Source: Octopus vulgaris
Lineage: Eukaryota
Assembly (NCBI GenBank): GCA_951406725.2
Contig: OX597826.1
Location: 13,516,001-13,580,000 of the forward strand
DNA length: 64,000 nt
Direction of reading: 5' to 3'
Shown piece after piece: positions 26,098 to 37,699 of this stretch (positions are counted from its first letter, which is position 1; each line of letters begins with the position of its first letter). The notes below the pieces were generated by a model, which saw nothing but the letters and a program-made list of their open reading frames with translations, did no database searches and had not been told where the DNA came from. A program made the position numbers and the translations under genes.

Positions 26098-26440
26098 TTA
26101 TTTGTTCCTTCCTATGTGTCCAATTGTTTTTAACAGGACGTATTGATGAAGCAAGGAGGCAACTGAAGATCTCCAGCCATAGTGTGAGTCTTTACGCATA
26201 AAAAGATTTAAACTCTTGACACATACATCACTGAAGTAGTATTTTTGTGAGTTTTAGCGCTCTTTTTGTCTAACCATTCTACGTATTTAACATAAATTCA
26301 ATGTCTTTTGAATCAGTTAAGAGCTATTGACGAAGAACGAACAGTCCACTTTTTGATTTGGAGAGGGGGGCTACAATTCCATAGGTTTTCTTGAAAAGTT
26401 GTATGATGTTCCTCCAAGCAGCTCCAGTGAATTTTATTAT

Positions 26441-26741
26441 CACCGTGACCGACCAGGCTATCAGATGTTGTTACACATCGCTGGTCACAATGCGCTTAAC
26501 AATGTTTTAGCCTTCAAATGACGCCACCTCGCTGGCTAAGCGAGCAGGCTAACGGAAGAAAGAATGAGAGAAAGTTGCGACAAAAGAGTACAGCAGGGAT
26601 CACCACCACCCCTGCTGGAACCTCGTGGAGCTTTAGATGTTTTCGCTCAATAAACACTCACGACGCCCGGTCTGGGAATCGAAACCGCGGTCCTACGACT
26701 GCGAGTCCACTGCCCTAACCACTGGACCATTGCGCCTCCAC
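26441..26741 (-). mobile_element. SINE family B, tail type 1, with TSD
   Basis: 12-bp TSD gaattttattat at 26429-26440 and 26742-26753. Confidence 0.92.
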
Positions 26742-27393
26742 GAATTTTATTATGCAAGCAATAAAATACTTATGGTGAAAGACTAAACAAAGTATTTACT
26801 TCCGAAAGAGAGTCATAATTCAATATGGAAAAATATTTAATATCGAAACCGCCGTTTTACGCGATGAGATGTTCTTTCACATTCTCCATGTGGTAAATAT
26901 TCTATTTCGTCACTGAGCTGCAGTACGCAAGCAATTAAAAAAGCAATTTCCATATCAGAATTGAGACAGAAAACAGTTATATCTTGTGACGGCATTTTTA
27001 ATGTTATCACATACTCTCTCTCTCCCTCTCTCCCTCTCTCTCTCAGCTCTTTCTCTCACATACACATATGTACGTATTACTTGGGTGCGAGAGAGAAAGT
27101 GTGTGCTTGCGTGTTTAGGTATGTGTGTATCCATATACATTTGAATCCGTGTGTGTCTACATGGGAATATGTTATTTCCATTTACTATTTTTTTTTTAAT
27201 ATTTAAAGAACGAGTTGGTTTCTGACAAAGACACAAAGTCCATTGCAGGTATTTAGGTAGCAACAATTGTGAAAATAACACAATGTCGAACATCTGAAAG
27301 TTTTACACATATTCATATACACAAGCGATATATATGCATATATGTATGTGCATGTCTGTTTGTATATATATGTATATATATTAATGCATGTAT

Positions 27394-27459
<66 letters not shown>

Positions 27460-27462
<3 letters not shown>

Positions 27463-27655
27463 CGCAGGGGTCGCTGTGTGGTAAGTAGCTTGCTTACTAA
27501 CCACATGGTTCCGGGTTCACTCCCACTTCGTCGCACCTTGGGCAAGTGCCTTCTACTATAGCCAGGCCGACCAAAGCCTGGTGAGTGAATTTGGTAGACG
27601 GAACTGAAAGAAGCTCGTCGCATATATATATATGTGTGTGTGTCTGTGTGTGTGT

Positions 27656-27740
<85 letters not shown>

Positions 27741-27940
27741 TGTGCTTGTGCTTGTTCCCCCACCATCACTTGACAACCGATGTTGGTACGTTTACGTCTC
27801 CGTAACTTACCGGTTCAGCAAAAGGATTCGATAGAATAAGTACTAGGCTTACAAAGAATAAGTCCGGAGATCGTTTTGCTCGACTAAAGGCAGTGGTCCA
27901 GCATGGCCGCAGTCAAATAACTGAAACAAGTAAAAGAATA
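27460..27940 (+). mobile_element. SINE family A with expanded internal (TG)n
   Basis: Matches 39373-39772. Confidence 0.87.
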
Positions 27941-28121
27941 AAATAATGCATATACCTCTCTCGGTCTCTCTCTTTCTCTCTCTCTCTCTCTCACATACAT
28001 ACATACATACATACATACATACATACATACATACATACATACATACATGCATATATATATAAACACATATATATAGCCACTACACACATTTTCTTTTCTC
28101 TCCTTGTTTCTTTCTGTGTTC

Positions 28122-28156
28122 CTTTCTGTGGAAGAGCGTAGGCTCGAAACGTAAAA
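28122..28156 (+). ncRNA. Degenerate minimal hammerhead motif
   Basis: cttt-CTGTGGA-a gagc gtag gctc-GAAA-cg-TA-aaat. Same family as 9285. Confidence 0.5.
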
Positions 28157-28319
28157 TACTTTTTCAATTCTCGAGCGTTATACTAATACATCTGTTTGTT
28201 TTCTACACCACCTGTCTTCGTCTTTTCTTTCTTGTTCGTGAATATTCCCTATACATACATACATACATACATACATACATACATACATACATACATACAT
28301 ACATACATGCATACATACA

Positions 28320-28355
<36 letters not shown>

Positions 28356-28366
28356 TATATATACAT

Positions 28367-28424
<58 letters not shown>

Positions 28425-28598
28425 TGTTGTGTCTGGGGAGAGTCAACAACTATTGAAAAGATTGCAAGACGCAACGAAAATTTTAGAAAATAAAAATAAG
28501 AAATAAGTGGAAATTTTACCGGTGAATGTGTTAAATAATAAGGTACTAAAAAGAATGACTCTCCCCAGACACAACAGAATATGCTTCATCCAAAAATG

Positions 28599-28659
<61 letters not shown>

Positions 28660-29377
28660 TAAACAGTAAAAATAATTACAGACATGGACAAGAACATGAA
28701 ACACCACAGAGACGACACAAGAACCACAGGACGGGACATTCGAAGCCCTCAGTCATCAGTCAAGAACCAGATCATCTTAGCAATTTCGGCTGATTAATCT
28801 TGAGATTGCTCCGATTTGGGCAGCCCGCCAAGGGAAATCTAAGCCAAGCGCATTAGATCCCCTGGAAGAAAGCTTCGAATGTATACAACACGAGGACGGA
28901 AAACGAACGAAGTACACGAACAAAAATACAGAATACGTGACACCAATAAGAATACAAAAACGTAAAAACAATAACGGTAAAAATAAAAAACAAAACAAAA
29001 CCAGGACGTAGGACAAGGGTCTTTCTACAGGTCGAGTTGAGTTTAGGGCTGGCTTATGAAGTTGTGCCTAATGGCCGCAGGGAGACGAACAAATACGTGT
29101 TGCTTCGGCGACTGCTGGAACGAAAAGAGCGCTCAACAGTGGCTAGCGGTCACGTGAGAACAAAAGACAGGAGAAAGGGACAGATGAAAAGAGAGAGAAG
29201 GTGGACGAGGGAGGAGAAGAAAGAGACAGATCGAGGGGACTGGAGGTGAGAGAGATAGAGAAACGTAGAAGGGGGGGGGGAAAGACGGATGGAGAGGGAA
29301 AGAAAGGAAGGGGAATAAGGGAGGAGAGAGAGAGAGAGAGAGAAATAGACAGATCAAGAGTCGTATCAATGCTAGAG

Positions 29378-29415
<38 letters not shown>

Positions 29416-29463
29416 CCAACATGATGTTGTCGAAAGAGCAGCTGCTGAGCAACAATCTTTTTT

Positions 29464-32181
29464 GTGCATGGCACAAAAGATTGTACAGCAGCTGACCTGG
29501 CTTCATCAAACCCAAGCCCGCAGGTGGGACTACCCACTATATACCAGACCACCACAGCAAACAGACACAGGATGGACACCGCCGGCAACAACGTACACCT
29601 CACCTCGATACTCCTACTGAACATCAGAGGACTGCAAACACTCAGTAACAGGACAAAGATCCCGTTCCTGAGAGACTTTGTTGCATGCAATCAAGCCTTA
29701 TGCATAGCACTTACAGAAACGCACCTGAAACCGGACATAGCAGATGCGGAGTTACACATACCACAGTATGCTGTACTACGGACCGACAGGAAAGAAAGGA
29801 GTCATGGAGGTGTTGCTATGTACATCCGTGAGGACCTCACACCCCAGGTCCTCTTGTCATACTCAAACTCGGTGTGTGACACACTAATTGTACATATTAG
29901 GCAACTTGATGTAGTTGTGTGTGCTACATATCGCCCTCCAGATGCCCCAAGCCATGTGGGCAAGTTTGAAGACTGCCTTATAAAAATAGAAGAAATTCTA
30001 ACCACATTAGAACAACACATAGGTGTGCTTCTTATGGGAGACTTCAATCTGCCCAATGTCAGATGGCCCGAGGGCCTTTCTCTCCCAGGAATGACAAGAT
30101 GTGAACGAGGACAGGCGAGGTCCCTCCTGAACCTCATCAACACCCTGTACATGGAGCAGGTAATACTCCAACCAACCAGGGCAGGTAACACACTGGATCT
30201 CTGCTTCACAAATGACATGGATCTCATCTATAATGTGAAAGTGACACCGACACTACTCTCGGATCACAACATGATAGAGCTGACCATGTACGGGCCAAAA
30301 GAGAGCACGGACATGCAGCCTACAAGAAACCCTCAAAATCTTTCCAGCTTGAACTACCATAAGGCAAACTGGAAACAAATTGAGAAAGAGATCCTCAAAC
30401 AAAACTGGCCTAAATGTCTCTCCTCGCCAGACATCGACGTGAAACTTCAACAATTCATGTCTGTAATGCAAGCCATATGCTACAAATGTGTCCCAGAGAG
30501 AAAGGCCACTGTACACAAGAACAAAATCCCCAGAGAGAGGAAAATTTTAATGAGACGGCGTACGAAATTTTCAAATCGCCTAAACAAACAGATTGAAAGC
30601 AGTGAAAAGTCCCGCCTAAAAATAAAACTGTTGGAAATCGAAAAATGTCTGCAACTCTCCCATGAAAAAGAAAGAGCAGACAAAGAAGCCTGGGCTATAG
30701 AAAACATAAAATCTAACCCCAGAGCTTTCTACAGGTATGCCAAAGAAACAGCTACAGTGCACTGTAGAATAGGGCCACTCCTCGAAAAGGATGGCACACT
30801 TACAGGAAAACCAATGAGGGTAAGTGAAATACTGAATGAGCAATTCAAGAGTGTTTTCACTCCACCCCTTGGGCATCTCCAAATCACCAATCCAACTGAC
30901 TTTTTTACCACTGCAGATATAAAATCAGAGGCGGCGACGATAGATTACATCGATATAAAGGAAGACGATGTAACCAAGGCTATAGATGAAATGAAAACAG
31001 ACTCAGCTACTGGCCCCGATGGATTCCCGGCAATCCTCCTAAAAGCATGTAAGAGAGTCCTAGCAAGACCACTGCAGTTCCTCTTTCAGAGCTTCCTTGC
31101 AGCTGGCAAACTTCCAGGAAAACTGAAGGAAGGTAAAATATGCCCCATTCATAAAGGAGGTAGCAGAGCGGAAGCCAAGAACTATAGACCTATCTCTCTG
31201 ACCTCACACATCAGCAAGGTCATGGAACGAATAGTCAGAAGGAAGCTGATCACCTTCCTTGAAGAGAATGACTTGCTGCCCGACACCCAACATGGTTTCC
31301 GACCAGGGAGAAGCTGTTTAACTCAGCTCCTACAACACTATGACTGGGTGCTGAAACGGCTGCTCAACCACTCAAATGTGGAAGTGATATATCTCGATTT
31401 TGCAAAGGCCTTTGATAAAGTCGATCATGGAATGATATGTCATAAACTGCGTGATCTCAACATAGTTGGAAAACTGGGAGAATGGCTTCATGACTTTCTG
31501 AAGGATAGAAGTCAGGTGGTAGTAGCCAATGGGGCCACCTCCATTAACACACAAATAGTGAGCGGTGTTCCGCAGGGCACTGTTCTGGGACCACTACTGT
31601 TCATAATGGCCCTCTCAGACATGCCCTCAGCCACGCAAAGAGCCACGATCACAAGTTATGCAGATGATACAAAAGTTTCACAGGCAATACAGAACCCTGA
31701 GGACACTAAACACCTGCAATGTGAGCTGGACGAAATATACAAGTGGGCTGAAAAGAATAGCATGCAGTTCAATGCTGGAAAGTTTCAAGCTTTATACTAT
31801 CAGCATGCAAAACTGAATGCAATACCCAATGAATACACTGGACCCGGAGGGATTGCAATCCCAGAGGCACAATCAGTGCGTGACCTGGGTATTCACATGA
31901 GTGATGACGCGACCTTTCATGTACATGTTGCTAAACTGACAATGAAATGTAGACGGCTGGCTGGATGGATTCTTAGAACCTTTAGAACAAGAGAACAAGA
32001 AACCATGATGGTCCTCTGGAAGACACTTGTCCTAAGCCACTTTGACTATTGCTCTCAGCTATGGTCACCATCCAGTGTCAAGTTGATCACAAAACTTGAG
32101 GCGATCCAACGAAGCTACACAAAGAAGATAGCCTCTATGCAGAATGTAAGCTACTGGGAAAGACTCAAGAGATTAAAATGA
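29464..32181 (+). CDS. LINE ORF2: apurinic-like endonuclease + reverse transcriptase (ends at a premature TGA)
   Basis: EN motifs LNIRGL, ALTETHL, GGVAMYI, YRPP, MGDFNLP, PTRAGNTLDLCFT, LSDH. RT motifs YRPISLTSHISKVMERIV, QHGFRPGRSCLTQL, YLDFAKAFDKVDH, GVPQGTVLGPLLF, YADDTK. First in-frame ATG at 29572. Confidence 0.95.
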   Translation: MHGTKDCTAADLASSNPSPQVGLPTIYQTTTANRHRMDTAGNNVHLTSILLLNIRGLQTLSNRTKIPFLRDFVACNQALCIALTETHLKPDIADAELHIPQYAVLRTDRKERSHGGVAMYIREDLTPQVLLSYSNSVCDTLIVHIRQLDVVVCATYRPPDAPSHVGKFEDCLIKIEEILTTLEQHIGVLLMGDFNLPNVRWPEGLSLPGMTRCERGQARSLLNLINTLYMEQVILQPTRAGNTLDLCFTNDMDLIYNVKVTPTLLSDHNMIELTMYGPKESTDMQPTRNPQNLSSLNYHKANWKQIEKEILKQNWPKCLSSPDIDVKLQQFMSVMQAICYKCVPERKATVHKNKIPRERKILMRRRTKFSNRLNKQIESSEKSRLKIKLLEIEKCLQLSHEKERADKEAWAIENIKSNPRAFYRYAKETATVHCRIGPLLEKDGTLTGKPMRVSEILNEQFKSVFTPPLGHLQITNPTDFFTTADIKSEAATIDYIDIKEDDVTKAIDEMKTDSATGPDGFPAILLKACKRVLARPLQFLFQSFLAAGKLPGKLKEGKICPIHKGGSRAEAKNYRPISLTSHISKVMERIVRRKLITFLEENDLLPDTQHGFRPGRSCLTQLLQHYDWVLKRLLNHSNVEVIYLDFAKAFDKVDHGMICHKLRDLNIVGKLGEWLHDFLKDRSQVVVANGATSINTQIVSGVPQGTVLGPLLFIMALSDMPSATQRATITSYADDTKVSQAIQNPEDTKHLQCELDEIYKWAEKNSMQFNAGKFQALYYQHAKLNAIPNEYTGPGGIAIPEAQSVRDLGIHMSDDATFHVHVAKLTMKCRRLAGWILRTFRTREQETMMVLWKTLVLSHFDYCSQLWSPSSVKLITKLEAIQRSYTKKIASMQNVSYWERLKRLK

Positions 32182-32567
32182 TATTCCCTGGAGCGTAGGC
32201 GGGAAAGATATGCCATAATATACATCTGGAAGATCCTGGAGGAAGTGTCCTGAACTTTGGCATCGAGAGTTACGCAAATGCCAGAACTGGGCGCCACTGC
32301 GTGGTGCCTAGGACTCCAAACCTGCCATCAAGATGTAGGACAAGATTCTGTGATAGCCTGGGCTTCCGAGGCCCACAGCTCTTCAATATCCTCCCGAAGA
32401 ACCTGAGAGACCTGCATGGGGTGGATACAGATGTCTTTAAAATGAAGCTGGATCTCTTCCTGTCAGGTGTCCCAGATGAACCAACTTCACGGCAGGAGGG
32501 GCAGATGAGGGCAGCTGCATCGAACTCTCTCATGCACCAAATAGCAGTTGCTAGAAAACCTCCATGA
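32182..32567 (+). pseudogene. Disrupted C-terminus of LINE ORF2
   Basis: After TGA 32179-32181 the frame continues YSLERRRERYAIIYIWKILE. A 1-nt frameshift near 32240-32247 then leads into NFGIESY...GPQLFNILP...FKMKLDLFL...PDEP, a typical CR1-group C-terminus. Confidence 0.88.
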
Positions 32568-32912
32568 AGTGAAACCAAGTAGCAACACCAAATGGCGGTG
32601 CCCCAGCATGGCCACAGCTCATAAGCTGAAACTAGAATCAATCAATCAATCAATCAATCAATCATATATGTATATATATTTATATATGAGGATAATATCG
32701 ATATTTAAGTATCCATATTATCTAGTGGCCAGCATGGGAAAAATACCGTACAAAGGTAATAATTTTTAACAATTAAAAATGAGGGTGTCTAAGAGACACC
32801 AACATGCCGAAATAGCAGTCGAAACTCTAACTATAAAAAACACGTTAAGGGTTCGTGTCGCACCATGAGATAAGACAGGTAGACAAAATATACAAGCAAA
32901 AATTATTGAATA

Positions 32913-32971
32913 ATTCAAGATCCAGGATTTCTGATTTTGCTTTAAATAAGCTTTACCGTCATCGGTTGAAT
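32913..32971 (-). ncRNA. Type I hammerhead-ribozyme-like motif (inverted array copy)
   Basis: Same motif on the minus strand with one stem II substitution (acc to atc). Confidence 0.55.
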
Positions 32972-33001
32972 ATATCAAGAGTACATAAATACAGATATAT
33001 A

Positions 33002-33228
33002 TTTCTGTATTACCCACAAGGGGCTAAACATAGAGGGGACAAACAAGGATAGACAAACGGATTAAGCCGATTACATCGACCCCAGTGCGAAACTGGTACT
33101 TTTATTTATCGACCCCGGAAGGATGAAAGGCAAAGTCGACCTCGGCGGAATTTGAACTCAGAACGTAACGACAGACGAAATACCACAAAGCATTTCGCCC
33201 GGCGTGCTAACGTTTCTGCCAACCCGCC
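33002..33228 (-). mobile_element. SINE family C with 16-bp TSD
   Basis: TSD taaatacagatatata at 32986-33001 and 33229-33244. The empty site is visible in the paralogous units. Confidence 0.93.
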
Positions 33229-33582
33229 TAAATACAGATATATACATGCAGAACAAACGATATACTTGCATGTTGGTGTCTCTTAGACACCCTCATTTTT
33301 AATTGTTAAAAATTATTACCTTTGTACGGTATTTTTCCCATGCTGGCCACTAGATAATATGGATACTTAAATATCGATATTATCCTCATATATAAATTTA
33401 TATAATTCGTTATTATTTTCACTGCGGTGTTTATTTTAACCGTGTCGTACTTTGGGATGATTCGGCGGGTAATTTAACTGGCCGCGTGCATACGTGCATA
33501 TGTATTTATGTATGGACGTTCGTATATGTAAGTATATCGTTTGTTCTGCATGTATATATCTGTATTTATGTACTCTTGATAT

Positions 33583-33641
33583 ATTCAACCGATGACGGTA
33601 AAGCTTATTTAAAGCAAAACCAGAAATCCTGGATCTTGAAT
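33583..33641 (+). ncRNA. Type I hammerhead-ribozyme-like motif (array copy 1)
   Basis: attcaa-CCGATGA-c ggt aaa gctt attta aagc aaa acc a-GAAA-tcc t gga-TC-ttgaat. Stem I attcaa/ttgaat, core with U4C, predicted cleavage after C33635. Confidence 0.6.
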
Positions 33642-34061
33642 TATTCAATAATTTTTGCTTGTATATTTTGTCTACCTGTCTTATCTCATGGTGCGACACG
33701 AACCCTTAACGTGGTTTTTATAGTCAGAGTTTCGACTGCTATTTCGGCATGTTGGTGTCTCTTAGACACCCTCATTTTTAATTGTTAAAAATTATTACCT
33801 TTGTACGGTATTTTTCCCATGCTGGCCACTAGATAATATGGATACTTAAATATCGATATTATCCTCATATATAAATATATATAATTCGTTATTATTTTCA
33901 CTGCGGTGTTTAATTTAACCGTGTCGTACTTTGGGATGATTCGGCGGGTAATTTAACTGGCCGCGTGCATACGTGCATATGTATTTATGTATGGACGTTC
34001 GTATATGTAAGTATATCGTTTGTTCTGCATGTATATATCTGTATTTATGTACTCTTGATAT

Positions 34062-34120
34062 ATTCAACCGATGACGGTAAAGCTTATTTAAAGCAAAACC
34101 AGAAATCCTGGATCTTGAAT
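34062..34120 (+). ncRNA. Type I hammerhead-ribozyme-like motif (array copy 2)
   Basis: Identical to 33583-33641, 479 nt downstream. Confidence 0.6.
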
Positions 34121-34596
34121 TATTCAATAATTTTTGCTTGTATATTTTGTCTACCTGTCTTATCTCATGGTGCGACACGAACCCTTAACGTGGTTTTTAT
34201 AGTCAGAGTTTCGACTGCTATTTCGGCATGTTGGTGTCTCTTAGACACCCTCATTTTTAATTATATATATGTATATATATACATGGATATATATACATGG
34301 ATATGCGTATTTGTATGTGTGTGTGTGCGCGCGTGCGTATGCTTGTAAGATGTGCTTTGTACAAGTGGAATAAAAGAAAAAGAACAAAAGTAAAATGAAG
34401 ATTTTTAAAATCAAACTTGAACAGAGTTCCCTTCATCTATTGCTATCTTGCTGTCAAAACCCTTAAATAACTTTATTGTTCAACAAACTTGACTCCACTG
34501 ACATTCTCATGAAGTGTTATATCGTTACCCAAAGCCTTACATTAAATTCGAGGGAAAATAATTCTTTATTCTAGTGCTGCGGAAGAACAGCATCTC

Positions 34597-34815
34597 TTTT
34601 ATCCTTTGTTTCGCTTATTAGACTGCGCCCATACTGGGGTACTGCCTTGAAGAATTTTTCTTCGAATATATTGATCCCAGTGCCTATTTTCTTTTTAAAG
34701 TTTGGTACTTATTCTATCAGTCTCTTTGCCAAACCACTGAAATACAGGGGCGTAAATATACCAACATCGGTTGCCAAACGATGGTGGTGCACACACAAAC
34801 ACGCACATATATAGA

Positions 34816-34895
<80 letters not shown>

Positions 34896-34923
34896 GATAT
34901 TTATATATATTTATATATATATG

Positions 34924-34957
<34 letters not shown>

Positions 34958-35115
34958 CGACGGGATTCTTTCAGTTTCCGTCAGCCAAATCCATTCACAA
35001 GGCTTTAATCGGCCCGAGGCTATAGATGAAAACATTTGCCAAAAGTAGCATGCAGTAGGACTGAACCCTGGATCATGTGGTTGGGGAGAAAGCTTCTTAC
35101 CGCACAGTCACAGCT
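34597..35115 (-). mobile_element. SINE family A, diverged
   Basis: Diverged head and tail around an expanded (TA)n. Confidence 0.75.
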
Positions 35116-36208
35116 GTTCCTCTATTTAATAATCATTAACACTCATTAGAAACCGCACTTAATTTGTAAATGCAACTTTAACTAATGTGCGATTTTAACT
35201 TAATTTACTTCATTTTAAGTCTTATTTTGTCTTCAGTTTAATTTCAAATGAAATCTAACTTAATGCTTTTAACAGTGTCATTAAATCAAAGTCTTCTTTT
35301 GTGTTAACCAATCTTCCACTCAGTGATTATAGGGATTTATTTGAACGATAGGGAAGAGAAGAAGAGAATTTGTGTTTATGTATCTGCATGTGAATGCCAG
35401 GAAGCGTGCGTGCATATGGGATTGTATGCCACACATAGTCTGTAATATGTGTATTGAGTGGTGTATACTGTCATGTGTGTGTGAGTGTGAGTCCCTTTCC
35501 CCAAATTCTCCAATGTTAAGCCATTAGACGTGTAAATATTACAAGCCTGAAAAAATAACAAAGAATTTTTGATAAAATTACTCCGATGTGGAGTCATTTA
35601 ACTATGCTACCCCATCCATCCACATCTAATTTAAAGTTCAGATGTATTTTAATTAAGCTTTCCCTCCACTGGAACAGTGATGTCTGAAACATTATATGAG
35701 CACAAAATCTTTATCGTTCTTCCATTACTTCTTGCTTTATCCTTAAGCCTGAGGAGGCGGGGTAGTGGCCAGCGTATGGGTTGCTGATGTTCAGCTTAAA
35801 CTTCTGTTAGTTGATGCCGTGCAAAGAAAACATTGGCGGGGTAGTTCTAGAGTGTTGTAGATACGGATATATGTGTGTGGGCAAAGGTTTTGTGGCTGCG
35901 AGAATAAATTTTTTTAATCGAGTAGGGCTACAAATGATGGTATTAAGTGTGGAAGCAGTTTTGAAAATAGTAGTTTATGCACATATTATTTTGTGTTTTT
36001 TTGCGTGGGGCAGCAAACTCAAGGACCCCCCTTGGCAACACAAATTCTAGCTACACCATTGGGTTATACATTGCTAAGAAATTCTATCTAAACTGGTCTA
36101 ACACGCCACCTGATTTAGCCCACCCGCTCTTTTTGACCTCGGAGTGCTTACCTTTAGACGAGTTCGATCAGTTACGAACATTCTAATAGTTCAAAGTTTA
36201 CTGTTATA

Positions 36209-36864
36209 CAGGGTGTCCACAAAGTCTGAGCTGGCAGAAACATTAGCACGCCGGGCAAAATGCTTAGTGGTATTTCGTCTGTCGTTCAAATTCCGCCGAG
36301 GTCGACTTTACCTTTCATCCTTTCGGGGTCGATAAATAAAGTACCAGTTACACACTGGGGTCAATGTAATCGACTTAATACCTATGTCTGTCCTTGTTTG
36401 TCCCTTTGTCCCCTCTATGTTCAGCCCCTGGTGGGTAATAAAGAAATAGGTATATGGAGTAAATAAAATGATAACATAAACAATTAAGTATAAGAAATAA
36501 TAATTTTCCTTTTTTACTTTTGTTTAAATTAAATTAAAACAATACTTTACTTTTCTAAATGCTGGTTGAGGAAAAGGTTCATCCATACAAGCTACAGATA
36601 TTGCATCACTTAAATGAAGACGACCCTGATAGACGAATGCAGATGTGCGAATGGTTTTCAGATAAATTGGATGAAAATATCAATTTTACTAAAATGTAGA
36701 CTTATTTGAGTTCACCTGAATTTTGCAAGGCGCATCAAGTTATGCATCGAAAATGATGGAAATCATGTTGAAAGTATTATTTATTAACATTATAATTAAA
36801 TAAAATTGTTTTGTTTTAAAAGTATGTGTTAATCCCCATGGACCCAGACTTTGTGGACACCCTG
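36209..36864 (+). mobile_element. Deleted IS630/Tc1/mariner element with transposase remnant
   Basis: TIRs cagggtgtccacaaagtctg / cagactttgtggacaccctg. Remnant peptide RFHPYKLQILHHLNEDDPDRRMQMCEWF at about 36575-36660. SINE C inserted in the left TIR. Confidence 0.82.
36229..36451 (+). mobile_element. SINE family C
   Basis: Matches 55552-55781. Sits inside a mariner TIR. Confidence 0.87.
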
Positions 36865-36910
36865 TCGACATACACATAAACACACATTCACACACACACA
36901 CACACACACA

Positions 36911-37290
36911 TGGAAGTACTTCGTCGGTTACGACGATGAGGGTTCCGGTTGATCCGAATCAACGGAACAGCCTGCTCGAGAAATTAACGTGTAAGTGGCT
37001 GAGCACTCCACAGACACGTGTACCCTTAACGTAGTTCTCGGGGATATTCAGCGTGACACAGAGAGTGACAAGGCCGGCCCTTTGAAATACATGTACAACA
37101 GAAACAGGAAGTAAGAGTGAGAGAAAGCTGTGGTGAAAGAGTACAGCAGGGATCACCACCTTCCCCTGCCGGAGCCTCGTGGAGCTTTAGGTGTTTTCCC
37201 TCAATAAACACTCACAACGACCGGTCTGGGAATCGAAACCGCGATCCTATGACCACGAGTCCGTTGCCCTAACCACTGGGCCATTACGCC
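36911..37290 (-). mobile_element. SINE family B, tail type 4
   Basis: Tail gagaactacgttaagggtacacgtgtc...ccctcatcgtcgtaaccgacg. A decayed similar tail lies at about 52075-52200. Confidence 0.85.
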
Positions 37291-37699
37291 ACACACACAC
37301 ACACACACATGTATGTGTGTGTGTGTGCGTGTGTGTTTGAGCGTGTGTGTGTGTATATACACACACATAGTTTGCTGTTCCGTTATTAGTAGGGTCGACT
37401 TTTCGTTTATTTGCTGTCGGGTTGTTTAAGGCTGATCTTCTTTTAGATCCTTCTCGTGAGATGGCGAACTGTAAACTGAAGCCCAAATATTCTGATTGGG
37501 TAATTTATATAAACAGGATCTTTCAAAGAAGTTCTCTTAAATATATCACTTGTACTACGATGTTAAGTTTTTAAATGCTTACTACATTAACTGATTAATT
37601 TTAGGGGATGTAGTTTAGTCTGTGTGCGTGTGTAACAACCATATTGTCAGATTATTATAGGGTGTATGGCACTCGTGCCTTGTAGGTAACCATCGGCGC

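Larger units (their letters stand above)
29414..32664 (+). mobile_element. Non-LTR retrotransposon (LINE, CR1/L2 group), 5'-truncated, inserted in a (TA)n tract
   Basis: Starts directly after (TA)n. Contains the probable ORF1 C-terminus, an APE+RT ORF2, a short 3' UTR with stem-loop cagct-cata-agctg and an (AATC)n tail at about 32636-32664. A short tandem-repeat tail instead of poly(A) is typical of CR1/L2-group LINEs. Confidence 0.92.
32670..34262. mobile_element. Non-coding Penelope-like/retrozyme-type array: inverted partial copy plus about 2 tandem 479-bp units
   Basis: 33270-34262 has a 479-nt period (identical ORFs at 33436 and 33915). 32670-33268 is the same unit in the opposite orientation. 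Each unit carries a hammerhead-like fold. Confidence 0.7.
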
